Positions 9,378 through 19,722 of a stretch of DNA of 49,994 nt are shown here, piece by piece (position 1 is the stretch's first letter; the number at the start of each line of letters is the position of its first letter). The stretch spans positions 1 to 49,994 of the forward strand of contig JBBQPO010000010.1 of NCBI GenBank assembly GCA_038217285.1, written 5' to 3'. A program made the translations under genes and the position numbers. Under the pieces are notes generated by a model. The model was not told the DNA's origin. It ran no database searches and worked only from the letters and a program-made list of their open reading frames with translations. This DNA comes from Chthonomonadales bacterium (GTDB lineage: Bacteria > Armatimonadota > Chthonomonadetes > Chthonomonadales > Chthonomonadaceae).

Positions 9378-10292
9378 CTACTCAGCAGGCTTCTCACCGA
9401 CTGCGTCCAGCCGCTGCTTCGCTTCCGCGTAGACTTCGGCGGAGAGCGGGCCACGCGCGGCGATCTCGATGTTCTCCTGCAGGTGGGCCGGGTGCAAGGT
9501 GCCGACGATGGTGGTATGGATGTGTGGATGCGACAGCAGGAAGCGCAGCAGGAACGCCGTGCGCGATTCGCCCTCCTCACGCAGTTCGTCCAGCTTCGCC
9601 GCTTCGAACTTGCTCCAGCGATCCTGGCTGCCGAGCCCAACGCCAGCTTCGCCCCGCGCCACGCCCCCGCGATCGATGATGCCCGCCCCCTCCGTCGCTG
9701 CCCGCGTGATCACGTCCTCATGCGCCCGCTCCAGCCCGGAGTAAGGGATCTGATAGGTGTCGAATACGCCATTAGTGATATAAGTGGTGATATGCGGCAG
9801 TGTAGCGGAACAGCCGATCCAGCGCACTTTACCCTGCTGCTGCATCTCCTGCAGCACCGCAACCAGATCGCCCTGCTCGACCTGTTCCACACTCGGATTG
9901 TGGAGCTGCATCACATCGACATAGTCGGTCTTCATCCGCGTCAGGCTCTCGTGCAGGCCGCGAAACAGATTCTCGCGCGTCCAGACGTGGGGGGTGTCAT
10001 CGGTATTTTCGTCGCGGTGGACGACGGTGCAGCCGCATTTGGTCGCGAGGATATATTCGCTGCGCCGGTTCGAAAGGTACTTCCCGATGAACTCTTCGCT
10101 GCGCCCGTAGTCGTTGGCGGTATCGATAAAGTTGATGCCGGAGTCCAGGACCGCGTTCAGGATGGTGTCCGCCTGCTCCTCCGTGACCGGCCGTCCGCCC
10201 CAGATGCGCGAGCCGCGCACCTCCATCGCGCCGTAGCCAAGCTGAGTCACTTCCCGGCCCGTGCGGCCTAGCATCTTTTTCGTAAGTGCCAT
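9378..10292 (-). CDS. Aldo/keto reductase
   Basis: LGRTGREVTQLGYG, IDTANDYG, ILATK, SLTRMKTDYVDVMQLH. Confidence 0.93.
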   Translation of the reverse strand: MALTKKMLGRTGREVTQLGYGAMEVRGSRIWGGRPVTEEQADTILNAVLDSGINFIDTANDYGRSEEFIGKYLSNRRSEYILATKCGCTVVHRDENTDDTPHVWTRENLFRGLHESLTRMKTDYVDVMQLHNPSVEQVEQGDLVAVLQEMQQQGKVRWIGCSATLPHITTYITNGVFDTYQIPYSGLERAHEDVITRAATEGAGIIDRGGVARGEAGVGLGSQDRWSKFEAAKLDELREEGESRTAFLLRFLLSHPHIHTTIVGTLHPAHLQENIEIAARGPLSAEVYAEAKQRLDAVGEKPAE

Positions 10293-10335
10293 GATATGTC
10301 TCCCTGAGGTTGTTGGTTATCGACTTATTTATGCT

Positions 10336-11211
10336 TCAGTAGGCGACCGAGAGGTCGGAGGGTGTAAAGAGCGCGCGGATATCTTCTCCGCGCGCATCGC
10401 GCGCCTGGAGATCGCGGAGGAACTCCATGAATCCGTATTTCGGCTCCCACCCCATCTGCGTCTTTGCTTCGGAGAGGTCGTGCTGCTCCACCCCGTTCGG
10501 CAGCGCGATGTCGTATTTGGCGAGCAACTGTTGTGCACCCGGCAATTGCGATTCGCACCAGGCGGGGCCAAGCCGCTGGAATTCGGTCTGAACCTCGGTC
10601 GGCATCCGATGGTTGGTATGCACGATGGTCCGGAACAGTCCTATCCTCTTTTCGACGGCCGCCTGAACGGCGGCGACCGTGGCGTCCGCCACATCGCGCC
10701 GATCCACGCCGTTCCGCAGCAGTTTCGGACCAAAGGCCAGATAGGACTTCGGGACGAAGTCGTGATAGCGTAGCATGGCGACGGCGGCTCCGGTCATCTC
10801 ATGATAGGTGCGGCACAGGTCTTCACCGATGACCTTGGTGACGCCGTAGACCGATCCCCATCCAAAAGCCATCGATGAGGCGTAGACGATGGCCTTGATC
10901 CCCTGTTCGCGGCAGGCTTCGAACACCTGGAACGTGCCGTCCACATTGACCGCGAAGATCGTGGCATCGCTGACCGGCGGCACATGCGCACAGTGCCACG
11001 CGGCGAGATGAACTACGGCGTCCATGCCCTGCACCGCATGCCGCACATCGTCCGCCGTGCGCGTGTCGCAGCGCACGAACTCTCCGAGAGCCGCATTCTC
11101 TTTGGGAGGCGCGGTCACATCCGCCATGCGAATCGTCGCCCCGGTCGCGGACAGCGCGCGACACACGGCCTGCCCGGCATTGCCGGCGGCTCCCGTTACC
11201 AGTACCTTCAT
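10336..11211 (-). CDS. NAD-dependent epimerase/dehydratase
   Basis: MKVLVTGAAGNAG, VVHLAA, VYASS, YGVTK. Confidence 0.9.
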   Translation of the reverse strand: MKVLVTGAAGNAGQAVCRALSATGATIRMADVTAPPKENAALGEFVRCDTRTADDVRHAVQGMDAVVHLAAWHCAHVPPVSDATIFAVNVDGTFQVFEACREQGIKAIVYASSMAFGWGSVYGVTKVIGEDLCRTYHEMTGAAVAMLRYHDFVPKSYLAFGPKLLRNGVDRRDVADATVAAVQAAVEKRIGLFRTIVHTNHRMPTEVQTEFQRLGPAWCESQLPGAQQLLAKYDIALPNGVEQHDLSEAKTQMGWEPKYGFMEFLRDLQARDARGEDIRALFTPSDLSVAY

Positions 11212-11239
11212 CTTATTTTTTCTCCTCTCGCTATATCCG

Positions 11240-12370
11240 CTAGCCGTCTTCAAGCGGGGGGCCGACGGAGCGGCGTTCTATCAACACCGGCCGCAGGCGC
11301 AGGGAGACCGTTGCAGCCTCCGGTCCCCGCGCAAGCTGTTCGAGAGTGACGCGGGCGACGGTCTCCCCCAGCGTCTCCGTCGGCCTTTCCAGCGTGGTAA
11401 GGCCCGCCAACAGCGCGCCGGGATCGTTGTCGAACCCGATCACCGACAGCGCGGCGGGCACCGAAACACCGTCCTGGCGCGCCGCTTCCAGAACACCCAG
11501 CGCCACGGCGTCGTTCGCCGCCGCCACCGCGGTGGGACGTAGGTGCGGTGGAAGAGAGCGCCACCGTTTCCAGGCGGCGACTCCGTCACTGGACGAGGCC
11601 AGACGCTCGCCCTCTTCCGGCAGGCAGACCCACTCCGCACCCTCTCCGATCTCCGCCGCTTCCAGGGCGCTTCGATAGCCTGCAAGCCGATCCTGGACCC
11701 ACTCATGGCCGCTCGACGCGCCCGCAAAACCGATGCGCCGATGCCCCTGTTGGATCAGAAACCGCGTGGCGAGATAGGCGCCCCAGCCCGAGTCGAAGTA
11801 GACCTGGCTGGCAAGTCCGGAGTAGGTGCGGGAGGAGACGATCACAGGCTGGACGCCCCGATCTTGCAGCAGCGCGAAAGCATGGGCGATCTTGGCTCTG
11901 CTTCCGAAAGGGTGCAGCAGCACCACGGCCTGAACACCCTCGGCGGCAGCTTCCAGTACCAGATCTTTGATGGAACAGAGATCGGGGATGCGGGGAGATT
12001 GATCCAGTAGAATCACGCGCGCGCCCGCCGGCACCACCGTGCGTTCGAAGGCGGAGACGACGCGGTAGAGCCACGGCGCGTTCATCGCATCTTCGGGCTC
12101 TCCGGTCCCCCGAAACGGCGCGATCACGGCGATCTTCGTGCAGGACACGCCCGGTACGGGAATGCGGGCCAGAAAGGTGCCGGACTGTGGCCGCCGCTCC
12201 AGAGTGCCTTCGTTCTCCAGGGCTTCGAGCAGGGGCCGCAACGCCGTGCGTCCCAGACCGATGCGGTCGGCCAACTCGCGCTCTCCGGGCAGCCTGTCTC
12301 CGACGCGCAGCCCGCCCTCCCGCAGAAAAGTGCGCAAGCGTACCCCTGCATCCGAACTCTTGCTGCCCAC
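11240..12370 (-). CDS. GntR-HTH / LacI-type effector-domain transcriptional regulator (AraR-like architecture)
   Basis: GDRLPGERELA...RRPQSGTF (GntR HTH); GHRRIGF, RLAGY, AANDAVALG, LSVIGFDN, LTTL (LacI sugar-binding domain). GTG start after GAGGAGG. Confidence 0.9.
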   Translation of the reverse strand: MGSKSSDAGVRLRTFLREGGLRVGDRLPGERELADRIGLGRTALRPLLEALENEGTLERRPQSGTFLARIPVPGVSCTKIAVIAPFRGTGEPEDAMNAPWLYRVVSAFERTVVPAGARVILLDQSPRIPDLCSIKDLVLEAAAEGVQAVVLLHPFGSRAKIAHAFALLQDRGVQPVIVSSRTYSGLASQVYFDSGWGAYLATRFLIQQGHRRIGFAGASSGHEWVQDRLAGYRSALEAAEIGEGAEWVCLPEEGERLASSSDGVAAWKRWRSLPPHLRPTAVAAANDAVALGVLEAARQDGVSVPAALSVIGFDNDPGALLAGLTTLERPTETLGETVARVTLEQLARGPEAATVSLRLRPVLIERRSVGPPLEDG

Positions 12371-12382
12371 ATTCCCTCCTCG

Positions 12383-12430
12383 ACTGGTTCACAACTGGTT
12401 CATTTTGGCATATTGGTTTTGTTTTGTCAA
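12383..12430 (-). promoter_or_regulatory. Sigma70-type promoter of the regulator, with tandem operator repeats
   Basis: Minus strand TTGACA-17 bp-CAAAAT (TG extended -10), followed by TGAACCAGT twice at an 11-bp period (12383-12391, 12394-12402). Confidence 0.6.
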
Positions 12431-12536
12431 GTCAACGCCAGTCAGAGGACGCACTCATTTTTCCGAACAGAGGCGGGAATAGAACGGGTTGCCGTAACAA
12501 ATTTTTAGCCGTGTCTAAAAATAATCCATTCCGGCG

Positions 12537-12566
12537 TTGAATTGTTTATTTAGTATTGGGTATACT
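12537..12566 (+). promoter_or_regulatory. Putative sigma70 promoter of the DUF1559 gene
   Basis: TTGAAT-18 bp-TATACT in an AT-rich patch. Confidence 0.45.
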
Positions 12567-12639
12567 TGTTTTTGTAGTGCCAGCAATGCCTCTCGCCTTT
12601 CGGCCTACACCCATTTCCGAACAGAAAGGAGAGGCTTCT

Positions 12640-13416
12640 ATGCGCTCTCTTTCCTTGCGGGCTTCCGCTCGCTCTGGCTTTACGCTCATCGAGCTGCTTG
12701 TGGTAATCGCTATCATTGCGATCCTGGCAGCGATCCTCTTTCCTGTCTTCGCTCAGGCACGGGAAAAAGCGCGACAGACCGCCTGCCTCAGCAACCTGAA
12801 GCAGGTCGGCCTTGCGGTGCGCATGTATGTGCAGGACTATGACGAAACGCTGCCCCGCACCGAACTCGGCGGGGACGTAGACGCTGCCCACGAATACCTG
12901 TGGGGAGATATGCTCCAGCCCTACACGAAAAACTGGCAGATGCTGCAGTGTCCGAGCGCCAATCAGAAGATCGTCTTCAAGACGGGGATGACCACCTATA
13001 GCGAGCAGTGGACGTACAACTACGGTATCAACGATATTATCGCGGCCGCCTGCTCCTCCGCCGACGATCCTGCCTGCCGCCACATCGGTGTCGCAGGCCA
13101 GGCAGACGCGGCGATCAATACTCCGGCCTCGACTATTCTCATCGCCGACAATCTGCCCTCCGACACCGATACCGGCGACGGCGATAACATAACGCTCGGC
13201 CATGCCCGCCACGAGATCAACTGGCAATGGGGCAAACGCGATGCGACCCGGCTTTCCGTCGGAGGAAAATCGCAGGACGGCTACTCCCGCCACAGCGATG
13301 GATTCGTGTACGTCCTCGCGGACGGTCATTCGAAGTGGCGCAGACGGGAGAAGAGAGCCGATGGAACCTTCGCTTCTGGCACGCGCGACGAGGAGTGGCT
13401 GGCGAACCAGCCCTGA
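12640..13416 (+). CDS. Prepilin-type N-terminal cleavage/methylation protein, DUF1559 / H-X9-DG family
   Basis: [44 protein letters not shown]-terminal [27 protein letters not shown]. Confidence 0.93.
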   Translation: MRSLSLRASARSGFTLIELLVVIAIIAILAAILFPVFAQAREKARQTACLSNLKQVGLAVRMYVQDYDETLPRTELGGDVDAAHEYLWGDMLQPYTKNWQMLQCPSANQKIVFKTGMTTYSEQWTYNYGINDIIAAACSSADDPACRHIGVAGQADAAINTPASTILIADNLPSDTDTGDGDNITLGHARHEINWQWGKRDATRLSVGGKSQDGYSRHSDGFVYVLADGHSKWRRREKRADGTFASGTRDEEWLANQP

Positions 13417-13519
13417 CGACGACACGATCAGGCCAGCGCTTCGCGAAAATGCGGTCGAACAAATGCCGGACTGAGGGATCAGTCCGGCGTTCTGAGCAGC
13501 CCACATTAGGGGTACCGTG

Positions 13520-14761
13520 TCAGGGATGAACCGCTTTCACTGCGGCTTCTATGTCGATGATACCTTTGCCAAGTTTACCCTTGAAAGGCTTGTTGTTGTT
13601 GTCGACCGAGTGAGCAGTCCCGCGAATGCAGTCGGATACCTGAGCGGCGGTAAGCGACGGTGCAACGGAGAGGACAAGCGCGGCTTCGGCGGCGACGAAG
13701 GGCGCGGCGAACGACGTTCCCGACCATGTGGCGTATCCGCCATCCGCGAACGTGCTGCGGATACTGCTTCCGGGTGCGACCACGCGGACAAAGGAGCCGA
13801 AGTTCGAGAAAGAGCTCTTGGTATTGTCCGCATCGACAGCGCCGACGGCCAGGGTTCCTCGCCCGACAGCGGGCGCCAGCGGCTGTTCCACATTGTTGTT
13901 ACCTGCCGCCGCCACGAGCACGATGCCCATCTGCTCCGCTTCGCCGAGCGCATCGTTGAGTGCGCCGGAGTTCGTCGAGCAACTGAAGCTCATATTGATC
14001 ACCCGCGCGCCGTGGGTGGTCGCGTAGTGAATGCCCTGCACCAGCGTAAGCAGGGTTCCGTTGCCATCGCCGTTGAGGACACGGACGGGCATAATCACGG
14101 CGCGGGGCGCAAGGCGGGCGATGATGCCAGCGATCATCGTGCCATGCCCCACTTCGGCGTTCGTCGAGCCGTCCGCCACGTCCCAGGGCAGCGTGTTCGG
14201 CGCGAGAGCGTTATAACCGGCCAGATAGTGGCCCTGAAGGTCCCGGTGCGTGAAGGTCGCACCAGTATCCAGAACGGCGACGATAATGCCGCTGCCCGTC
14301 GCCAGAGGGGTGTTGCCGTGGATCTGCCCCAGCGCATCCACCTGCCCGAGGTTTACCTGCGCGTAACTCAGGGCGTCGATATACGCGGTGGAAGTCTGTG
14401 TTCGGTCGAATGCCAGGTGAAACGGAGCGCCGTCCACTTCCGGGGAGATGATAAAAAGATCCGGCTCGGCATAGAGCACACGCCTGTCTTTACTCAGGCG
14501 GGCGGCAAACTGTGTCTCCGTAACGCCGCGAGGCGTGTTCACACTATACAGACTGGTTCCTGCCACCTGATTCTGTGCCGTCGTTTTATAATCGGCGGCC
14601 AGAACCCGAATATCGACGCCAGAGGCGACTCGCACCAGCACATGCCCGGCAACAATATTGTCCGCCGTCGCGCGTGCGCCGCAGAGGGTGAGCATCACGA
14701 AGGCGACGGCCAGGCGTATCGGCGTCCCCCCGCATTTCGACCATAGATTTGTAATATTCAT
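13520..14761 (-). CDS. Secreted S8 (subtilisin-like) serine protease
   Basis: Catalytic triad motifs VAVLDTG, GHGTMIAG, SGTSFAAP; oxyanion AAAGN; signal peptide and prodomain (VLYAEPD). Confidence 0.95.
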   Translation of the reverse strand: MNITNLWSKCGGTPIRLAVAFVMLTLCGARATADNIVAGHVLVRVASGVDIRVLAADYKTTAQNQVAGTSLYSVNTPRGVTETQFAARLSKDRRVLYAEPDLFIISPEVDGAPFHLAFDRTQTSTAYIDALSYAQVNLGQVDALGQIHGNTPLATGSGIIVAVLDTGATFTHRDLQGHYLAGYNALAPNTLPWDVADGSTNAEVGHGTMIAGIIARLAPRAVIMPVRVLNGDGNGTLLTLVQGIHYATTHGARVINMSFSCSTNSGALNDALGEAEQMGIVLVAAAGNNNVEQPLAPAVGRGTLAVGAVDADNTKSSFSNFGSFVRVVAPGSSIRSTFADGGYATWSGTSFAAPFVAAEAALVLSVAPSLTAAQVSDCIRGTAHSVDNNNKPFKGKLGKGIIDIEAAVKAVHP

Positions 14762-14807
14762 CTCTCTTATTCCTTATTTCACCCGATTTTACCGTGCCCG
14801 ACGCTGG

Positions 14808-17705
14808 TCAGGCAGGCGCAGAAACGTGGCAGCCGCGTTCTCCGATGAGCACGAAAGCAGCCCAGTGATAGGGATGGGGAAATCGACCCCGGACAGCCTG
14901 TTGCGCGCTCCGCAGCGCGGAGGCTTTCGACTGCCCCTGTAAGAGCCTCTCATAAAACTCCTGCATAAGAGCCGCCGTCGCCTCGTCATCGGCGGGCCAC
15001 AGGCTGGCGGCCACCGACCGCGCGCCCGCCGCCAGGAACCCGCGCACCAGCCCGAAAAGCTCGTCACCGGCCTCCGCGAGCGCTACGCCGGTCTGGCAGG
15101 CGGAAAGGGTCGCCAGGTCGCAGGAGAGCCGCAGGGCGTACAGATCGCGGGCGAGCAGCCAGCCGTCCGCCAACTGCAGCCCGGAAAACAGCGGGTTATC
15201 AGCGCGATACAGCGCGTGGGTCGCCAGATGCAGCAGCCGACAGTTACCGGCCTGGCCCTGCACCGCCGCGAGGGTCGCCGCCTCACCCTGCAACACATGC
15301 GCCCGAGGCAGCAGAGGTGCCAACTGCCTCACCTCTTCCGTCACCTGCTCGATGCCGGGCGCGGGCACACTGACAAGCAGCGCCTCGGCGTCGGCCCAGG
15401 AAGCGCCCTCCTCCGAGGTCGTCTGCTGCCTCTGTGCGCCCCGGTGCCAAAGCGCCGCACTGGGAGCGTAGCAGATCTCCCAACGATCCAGCGCGGACTG
15501 TGTGCCGTCGAAGAAAGCATGAAAGGGCAGGCCGTGCAGGACAGCATGCGGCACCACCACAATCTGTTCAGCCGTCAGCAGATCCGCGATGGGGCGCAGG
15601 AGCAGATCGTACAACTGGGTCAGAACGGCCTGCGCGTCGGCCTGAAACCGCTGCGCGTGCCGCTGCGAGAGTTCGCTGCCCCACCCGACCCGCTGCAACT
15701 GGTAGCGCATTCGAAGCGCAGCATGGTCCACCGCTTCCAGGCAGGCGACATTCCAGCGGAAATGCACCTGCTGCGGAGTGACGATCCAGACGCATACGGA
15801 GCCATCGATGATATAGTACACCACTAACGCCTCGTTCGCGTGTAACGGCCTGGCGAGTTCTTGCGTGGCGACGATTTCGGGAAGGGTAAACAGGCCGCGC
15901 GACGCGTAGGGCTCGTCTCCTTCCCGGCGCAACAGATCGGCGTACTCCTGCTCCAGAGCGTTGAGGGAGGCGGCGTCCTCCACACCCGCCACGCCCATGC
16001 GCCTCGCCTCGCTCTCCTCCAGGGTGTTCAGGCTGCGGTAGCCCCGGCTCAGTTCGGCGCGCAGAACCGCCAGCCGCTCCTGCGCCTGCGGCGGCAGAGC
16101 ACCCTTCGCCAGAGGTCGTCCGTCCAGCGCCGCCTGCACGTGCTCTAGCAGCAGGCGAGACTTGGCCCGCTCCACATACTCGAGCGCCTGGGCGATGTCC
16201 TGTGTGCTCCCACGCGCCAGGAGGGCGCCCACCGTCTCTTCGTAGATGGCAAGCTTGTCGCGCAGAAACGAAACGTGCATCTCCTCCGGCGCGATAAGTG
16301 TACGCGCCTGCTCCAACGCCTCCACGCCAGCCCGCAGGTGATGCAGGCCGCGCCCGGCGTTCCCTTTCGCCAGGTAGTGCCGTCCCAGTGCGCGCTCCGC
16401 CTGACACTCCAGCCAGCCGCGCGCGGTCGCCCGCGCCGTTCTCCGCACCGCATGTAGGGACCGCGAGGCGTCGCCGCCCTCCTCGCCTGCCATCTCCGCG
16501 AGCAGCAGCCGCGCCTCCGCCGCCCATCCGCGCAGGCCGCTGCGCGTCAGCGTTCGATCCGCTCGCCGCGCTTCCTGCTGCGCCGCCGCCGTCTGTCCGT
16601 TCCGGCGGAGCAGACGGGCGCGCAGCAGACGCACATGCGCCTGCTGGGTGGCGTTGCCGTTCGTGGCGAAGAGCTGGTCCGCCCGATCCAACCCCGCCAG
16701 GGCCTCTTCGAACTGTTCCTGCGCGATGTGGACGGAGGCGCGCCCTAGCTCGACGCGGGCGCGCTCATAAGCGATCCCCCGTGCTTGCAGCTCGCCAGCG
16801 GCCCGTGCGTAGGCTTCCTGCGCTTCGGGATAGAGGTTCAGTTCCCGGTAGGCTTCGGCCATGTCCGCATCGCACTTGGCCGCGTCCAGTGTCTGACCTC
16901 GCGCCGTAAACTCCTCGCGCGCCCGCTGCAAGGCGGTGATCGCCTGCGCGTAGCGCCCGGAAAGATAGTGAAGAAACCCGACGTTGGCATCGATCTTTGC
17001 GGCGGGCGTCAGCATCGCATGCGCCGCGAAGGTGGCGCGCGCCTGCTCGAAGAGGGCGATCGCCTCGTCCACGCGGTGCAGTTCCATCAGCACGGCGGCC
17101 ACATTGGTCTGCACGGTCGCCTGCGCGACGTCCTCCCCGCTCCGGGTCAGCGTCTCCAGGGCGCGCTCATAACAGGCGAGGGCCAGGGCGTACTGATCGC
17201 GTCGATAGTGGAGCGAGCCGAGATTGACCAGGACTTTGGCGGCGTCCGTCTCCTCGCCATGCGCGCGCAGCTCGGTTTCAAGCCGACGCGCCAGCGCGAT
17301 AGCCTCGTCATAACGCCCCAGCCAGTTCAGCGAGTCGACGCGCCCGATCTGCACCTGCGCCGCCAGACAAGAGTCCCTCACCTGCAGGGCGCAAGTCGCC
17401 GCAGTTTCCAGAACCGTGACGGCGACCGCATGGTCGCCCTGAACACGCAGGGCCTGCCCGACCAGTCGCCATGCCTGCGCCGCGCCCCTGCCATCCCCGC
17501 CCCGTGCGGCGAGGTCCGCGGCAAGCCGCGCCCGCGCCGTAGTCTCGCTCGCATCGGCGCTCAGTCGTTCCCGCGCCGACTGAATCAGATACGGCACGGA
17601 CTCGGGCAGAGCGGCGGCCTGCTGCAGCAGGGATTCTCGATCCGGCGACTCCGGCAGTTCCAGCAGGCGCTCGCACAGCGATGCGGCGGACGGGTCGCCT
17701 CTCAC
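14808..17705 (-). CDS. TPR-CHAT (caspase-like cysteine protease) protein
   Basis: Long TPR array, ERAKSRLL, VVVPHAVLHGLPF, LHLATHA (catalytic His), LSACQTG (catalytic Cys), ASLWPADD, HPYHWAAF. Confidence 0.95.
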   Translation of the reverse strand: MRGDPSAASLCERLLELPESPDRESLLQQAAALPESVPYLIQSARERLSADASETTARARLAADLAARGGDGRGAAQAWRLVGQALRVQGDHAVAVTVLETAATCALQVRDSCLAAQVQIGRVDSLNWLGRYDEAIALARRLETELRAHGEETDAAKVLVNLGSLHYRRDQYALALACYERALETLTRSGEDVAQATVQTNVAAVLMELHRVDEAIALFEQARATFAAHAMLTPAAKIDANVGFLHYLSGRYAQAITALQRAREEFTARGQTLDAAKCDADMAEAYRELNLYPEAQEAYARAAGELQARGIAYERARVELGRASVHIAQEQFEEALAGLDRADQLFATNGNATQQAHVRLLRARLLRRNGQTAAAQQEARRADRTLTRSGLRGWAAEARLLLAEMAGEEGGDASRSLHAVRRTARATARGWLECQAERALGRHYLAKGNAGRGLHHLRAGVEALEQARTLIAPEEMHVSFLRDKLAIYEETVGALLARGSTQDIAQALEYVERAKSRLLLEHVQAALDGRPLAKGALPPQAQERLAVLRAELSRGYRSLNTLEESEARRMGVAGVEDAASLNALEQEYADLLRREGDEPYASRGLFTLPEIVATQELARPLHANEALVVYYIIDGSVCVWIVTPQQVHFRWNVACLEAVDHAALRMRYQLQRVGWGSELSQRHAQRFQADAQAVLTQLYDLLLRPIADLLTAEQIVVVPHAVLHGLPFHAFFDGTQSALDRWEICYAPSAALWHRGAQRQQTTSEEGASWADAEALLVSVPAPGIEQVTEEVRQLAPLLPRAHVLQGEAATLAAVQGQAGNCRLLHLATHALYRADNPLFSGLQLADGWLLARDLYALRLSCDLATLSACQTGVALAEAGDELFGLVRGFLAAGARSVAASLWPADDEATAALMQEFYERLLQGQSKASALRSAQQAVRGRFPHPYHWAAFVLIGERGCHVSAPA

Positions 17706-18322
17706 GGGCCAACCCCTACATCGGGAAGCGTGATCTCCCCATCCGTGAGGCGCAGCGCGATGTCATAAAGACCTCCGGGAATGGAGGGCAGATGGAACTC
17801 CTCGCTTTGCGGCGTGAAAGTGAGACGGCTGCCGCCGCGCTCCGTCAGGACAATCTCATAGGGGATGAGAACGGCATCCCCTTCGCGTGGTGTGACCTGC
17901 CCGATCATGACCCAGTTTCCCTGCCCTGTCGGCTCCTGGAACAGCTCGATGTCGTGCCTGTTCGTCGTGTAAACAAGCTGTACTCCTTCGCGTTTCGCTC
18001 CGCGCGCTCCGGCAAGTGCAGGTAAGGTGTTGCGGCTGTCGAACTGCAGACTGGCCAGCCAGGAGAGCAGCGGGTTCGGAACGACCGTCGGCCGGAACCT
18101 TTCGCGGAAAATAGCGCCTGCGCGCGTCAGCGCCGTTGCAGGAACCTGCACCATGTGCGCCTCGCGAAGCGTCGTCGTAGCGTTCTGTAGCCAGGCCAGG
18201 TTTTGACGACAGTGTACGCAGTCCCGGTCCAGGTGTTCGCGGATCTGCGCCGCCGCGCGCTCGTCCGCACGACCTTCCTGGTAGTCCGCCAGTGTTTCCA
18301 GGGCTATTCCGCAAAGCTTCAT
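17702..18322 (-). CDS. Soluble zf-HC2-like anti-sigma factor candidate with a C-terminal beta-sandwich
   Basis: C...LADYQEG......IREHLDRDCVHC zinc motif; LQFDS...AGARG linker; beta-rich C-terminus (GQV...FHLPSIPGGLYDI); no TM segment; 4-nt overlap with the CHAT start. Confidence 0.75.
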   Translation of the reverse strand: MKLCGIALETLADYQEGRADERAAAQIREHLDRDCVHCRQNLAWLQNATTTLREAHMVQVPATALTRAGAIFRERFRPTVVPNPLLSWLASLQFDSRNTLPALAGARGAKREGVQLVYTTNRHDIELFQEPTGQGNWVMIGQVTPREGDAVLIPYEIVLTERGGSRLTFTPQSEEFHLPSIPGGLYDIALRLTDGEITLPDVGVGP

Positions 18323-18437
18323 TGGGTCACTCTCCTTTTCTACAGACTATGCCGACCGCACCGCTTATTCCCTGTACGGCTTTGCCTCGGCACTTTCCTT
18401 GTTTGTCCGCGCAAGTTGTTGCGGGCGATAGAAGGTA

Positions 18438-18467
18438 GAGACGCCGGAGCCGCGAAAAATACATCCC
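18438..18467 (-). promoter_or_regulatory. Putative ECF promoter upstream of the anti-sigma/CHAT/S8 unit
   Basis: Minus strand GGGATGTATTTTTCGCGGCTCCGGCGTCTC; related motifs at 19723-19754 and 20534-20560. Confidence 0.45.
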
Positions 18468-18593
18468 TGCCGATTAAATTTAAAATTCTTTGAAGTCGCG
18501 CTGCAAACGCAAGAGGCGGCGGACGCAGAAAGGCTCTTCTGTGTCCGTCGCCAGGCTCAGGTTGTTTTGGGCATACCGTGTTAGCGAACTTCT

Positions 18594-19694
18594 TTAGCGC
18601 ACTTCTACCCGCTGGGCCGTCAGGGTCTGGGTGGCAGGGTCGAAGGTTCCCACCGTCTCTACTTTTGCTCCTGCCGTCACCGCACTCAGTCCGCCTGCAT
18701 CGTCGTGTCCGTGCCCATGCCGTTCGAATACGGTCGCCGCCGTGGTTACGACAGTGATGACGCCCCCGGTGGGATGGAAGCCGTTCAGTTCCTTCAGGGT
18801 CAGCGTAAAGGATTTCGCGCCGGTATCCACGCTGCCGACGGTTCCCTCGGCAGTGGCTACGGCAGGCTGGTCTCCGTGGTTGTCGTGCCCGGCCTCTTCC
18901 ACCTTGATGCGATCTGCCGTCACGACCTGGGTCACCGCATCGACACTGCCTTTCACTTCGACCGCCTGGCCGTTGGCCAGCGCAACTGTAGTGCCTTTCT
19001 TATCGCTGAAGATGGAAGTAGATGGCAGGACGAGCACGGAGGTGGTCTGCCCCCCTGTACCCGTCAGGTCGAAGCCCTGCGCAGAAAGGTGGGCGACGGT
19101 GCCTTTCATCTCCGCTTCTTTGCCTTCATGCTGGAAATGCGACTCGTCGGCCCCATGCAGATGCGGTCGCACACGCCCGCTGACCAGTTCGAAGGCCGCC
19201 AGGTCAAAATCGACCACCAGATGCGAAGCTCCTCCCGCTGCCACCTGCGTGGTGGTATTGAAGGTCATGGCGACCTGGCTGCCGCTATGGACGCCGACGC
19301 TGTCATCGATGGGAGCGGTCGTGCCGCTGCCCCCCGCTGCGGGAACCAGGGTTATGTGATCGCCCAGCGTGATGCGTGCCTGCGTGTAGCTGCCTTCCGG
19401 CACGGAGGCGCTGGCAAGCAGTTGTGCGACGTTGGCGAGTGCCGACGCATTGATCACCTTGCCGGCAGTATCCTCGAAGACGGTTCGGAACTGCGTTCCA
19501 TCGGAGATCTCGATCTTGAAGAGGGTGATAAAGACCTGGCTGAAATCCTCATTGAAATCGTCGGTGACAAAAACACCGACACTTGCGCTGCGCACCGCGG
19601 GGTTGGGGTTCGGACTGCTGCTTCCTCCGCCTCCTCCACAGCCTGCCAGAGTTACCACCAGTCCTACCAGGGCGAACCGTGCCGTTCTGTTCAT
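18594..19694 (-). CDS. Lipoprotein with DUF4382-like and DUF5666-like domains
   Basis: Lipobox LAGC + GGGGGSS; VGVFVTD...VPEGSYTQARITL...LVVDFDL (DUF4382-like); two GTV...VEVKG...TA.RI.VE units (DUF5666-like) with His-rich linkers; RBS AAGGAGG. Confidence 0.8.
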   Translation of the reverse strand: MNRTARFALVGLVVTLAGCGGGGGSSSPNPNPAVRSASVGVFVTDDFNEDFSQVFITLFKIEISDGTQFRTVFEDTAGKVINASALANVAQLLASASVPEGSYTQARITLGDHITLVPAAGGSGTTAPIDDSVGVHSGSQVAMTFNTTTQVAAGGASHLVVDFDLAAFELVSGRVRPHLHGADESHFQHEGKEAEMKGTVAHLSAQGFDLTGTGGQTTSVLVLPSTSIFSDKKGTTVALANGQAVEVKGSVDAVTQVVTADRIKVEEAGHDNHGDQPAVATAEGTVGSVDTGAKSFTLTLKELNGFHPTGGVITVVTTAATVFERHGHGHDDAGGLSAVTAGAKVETVGTFDPATQTLTAQRVEVR

Positions 19695-19722
19695 AATATG
19701 TTGCCTCCTTAAGCAATATAGG

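Noticed and set aside
8688-10271. 527-aa plus-strand ORF
   Set aside because: Antisense to two clear aldo-keto reductases; GC-rich shadow frame.
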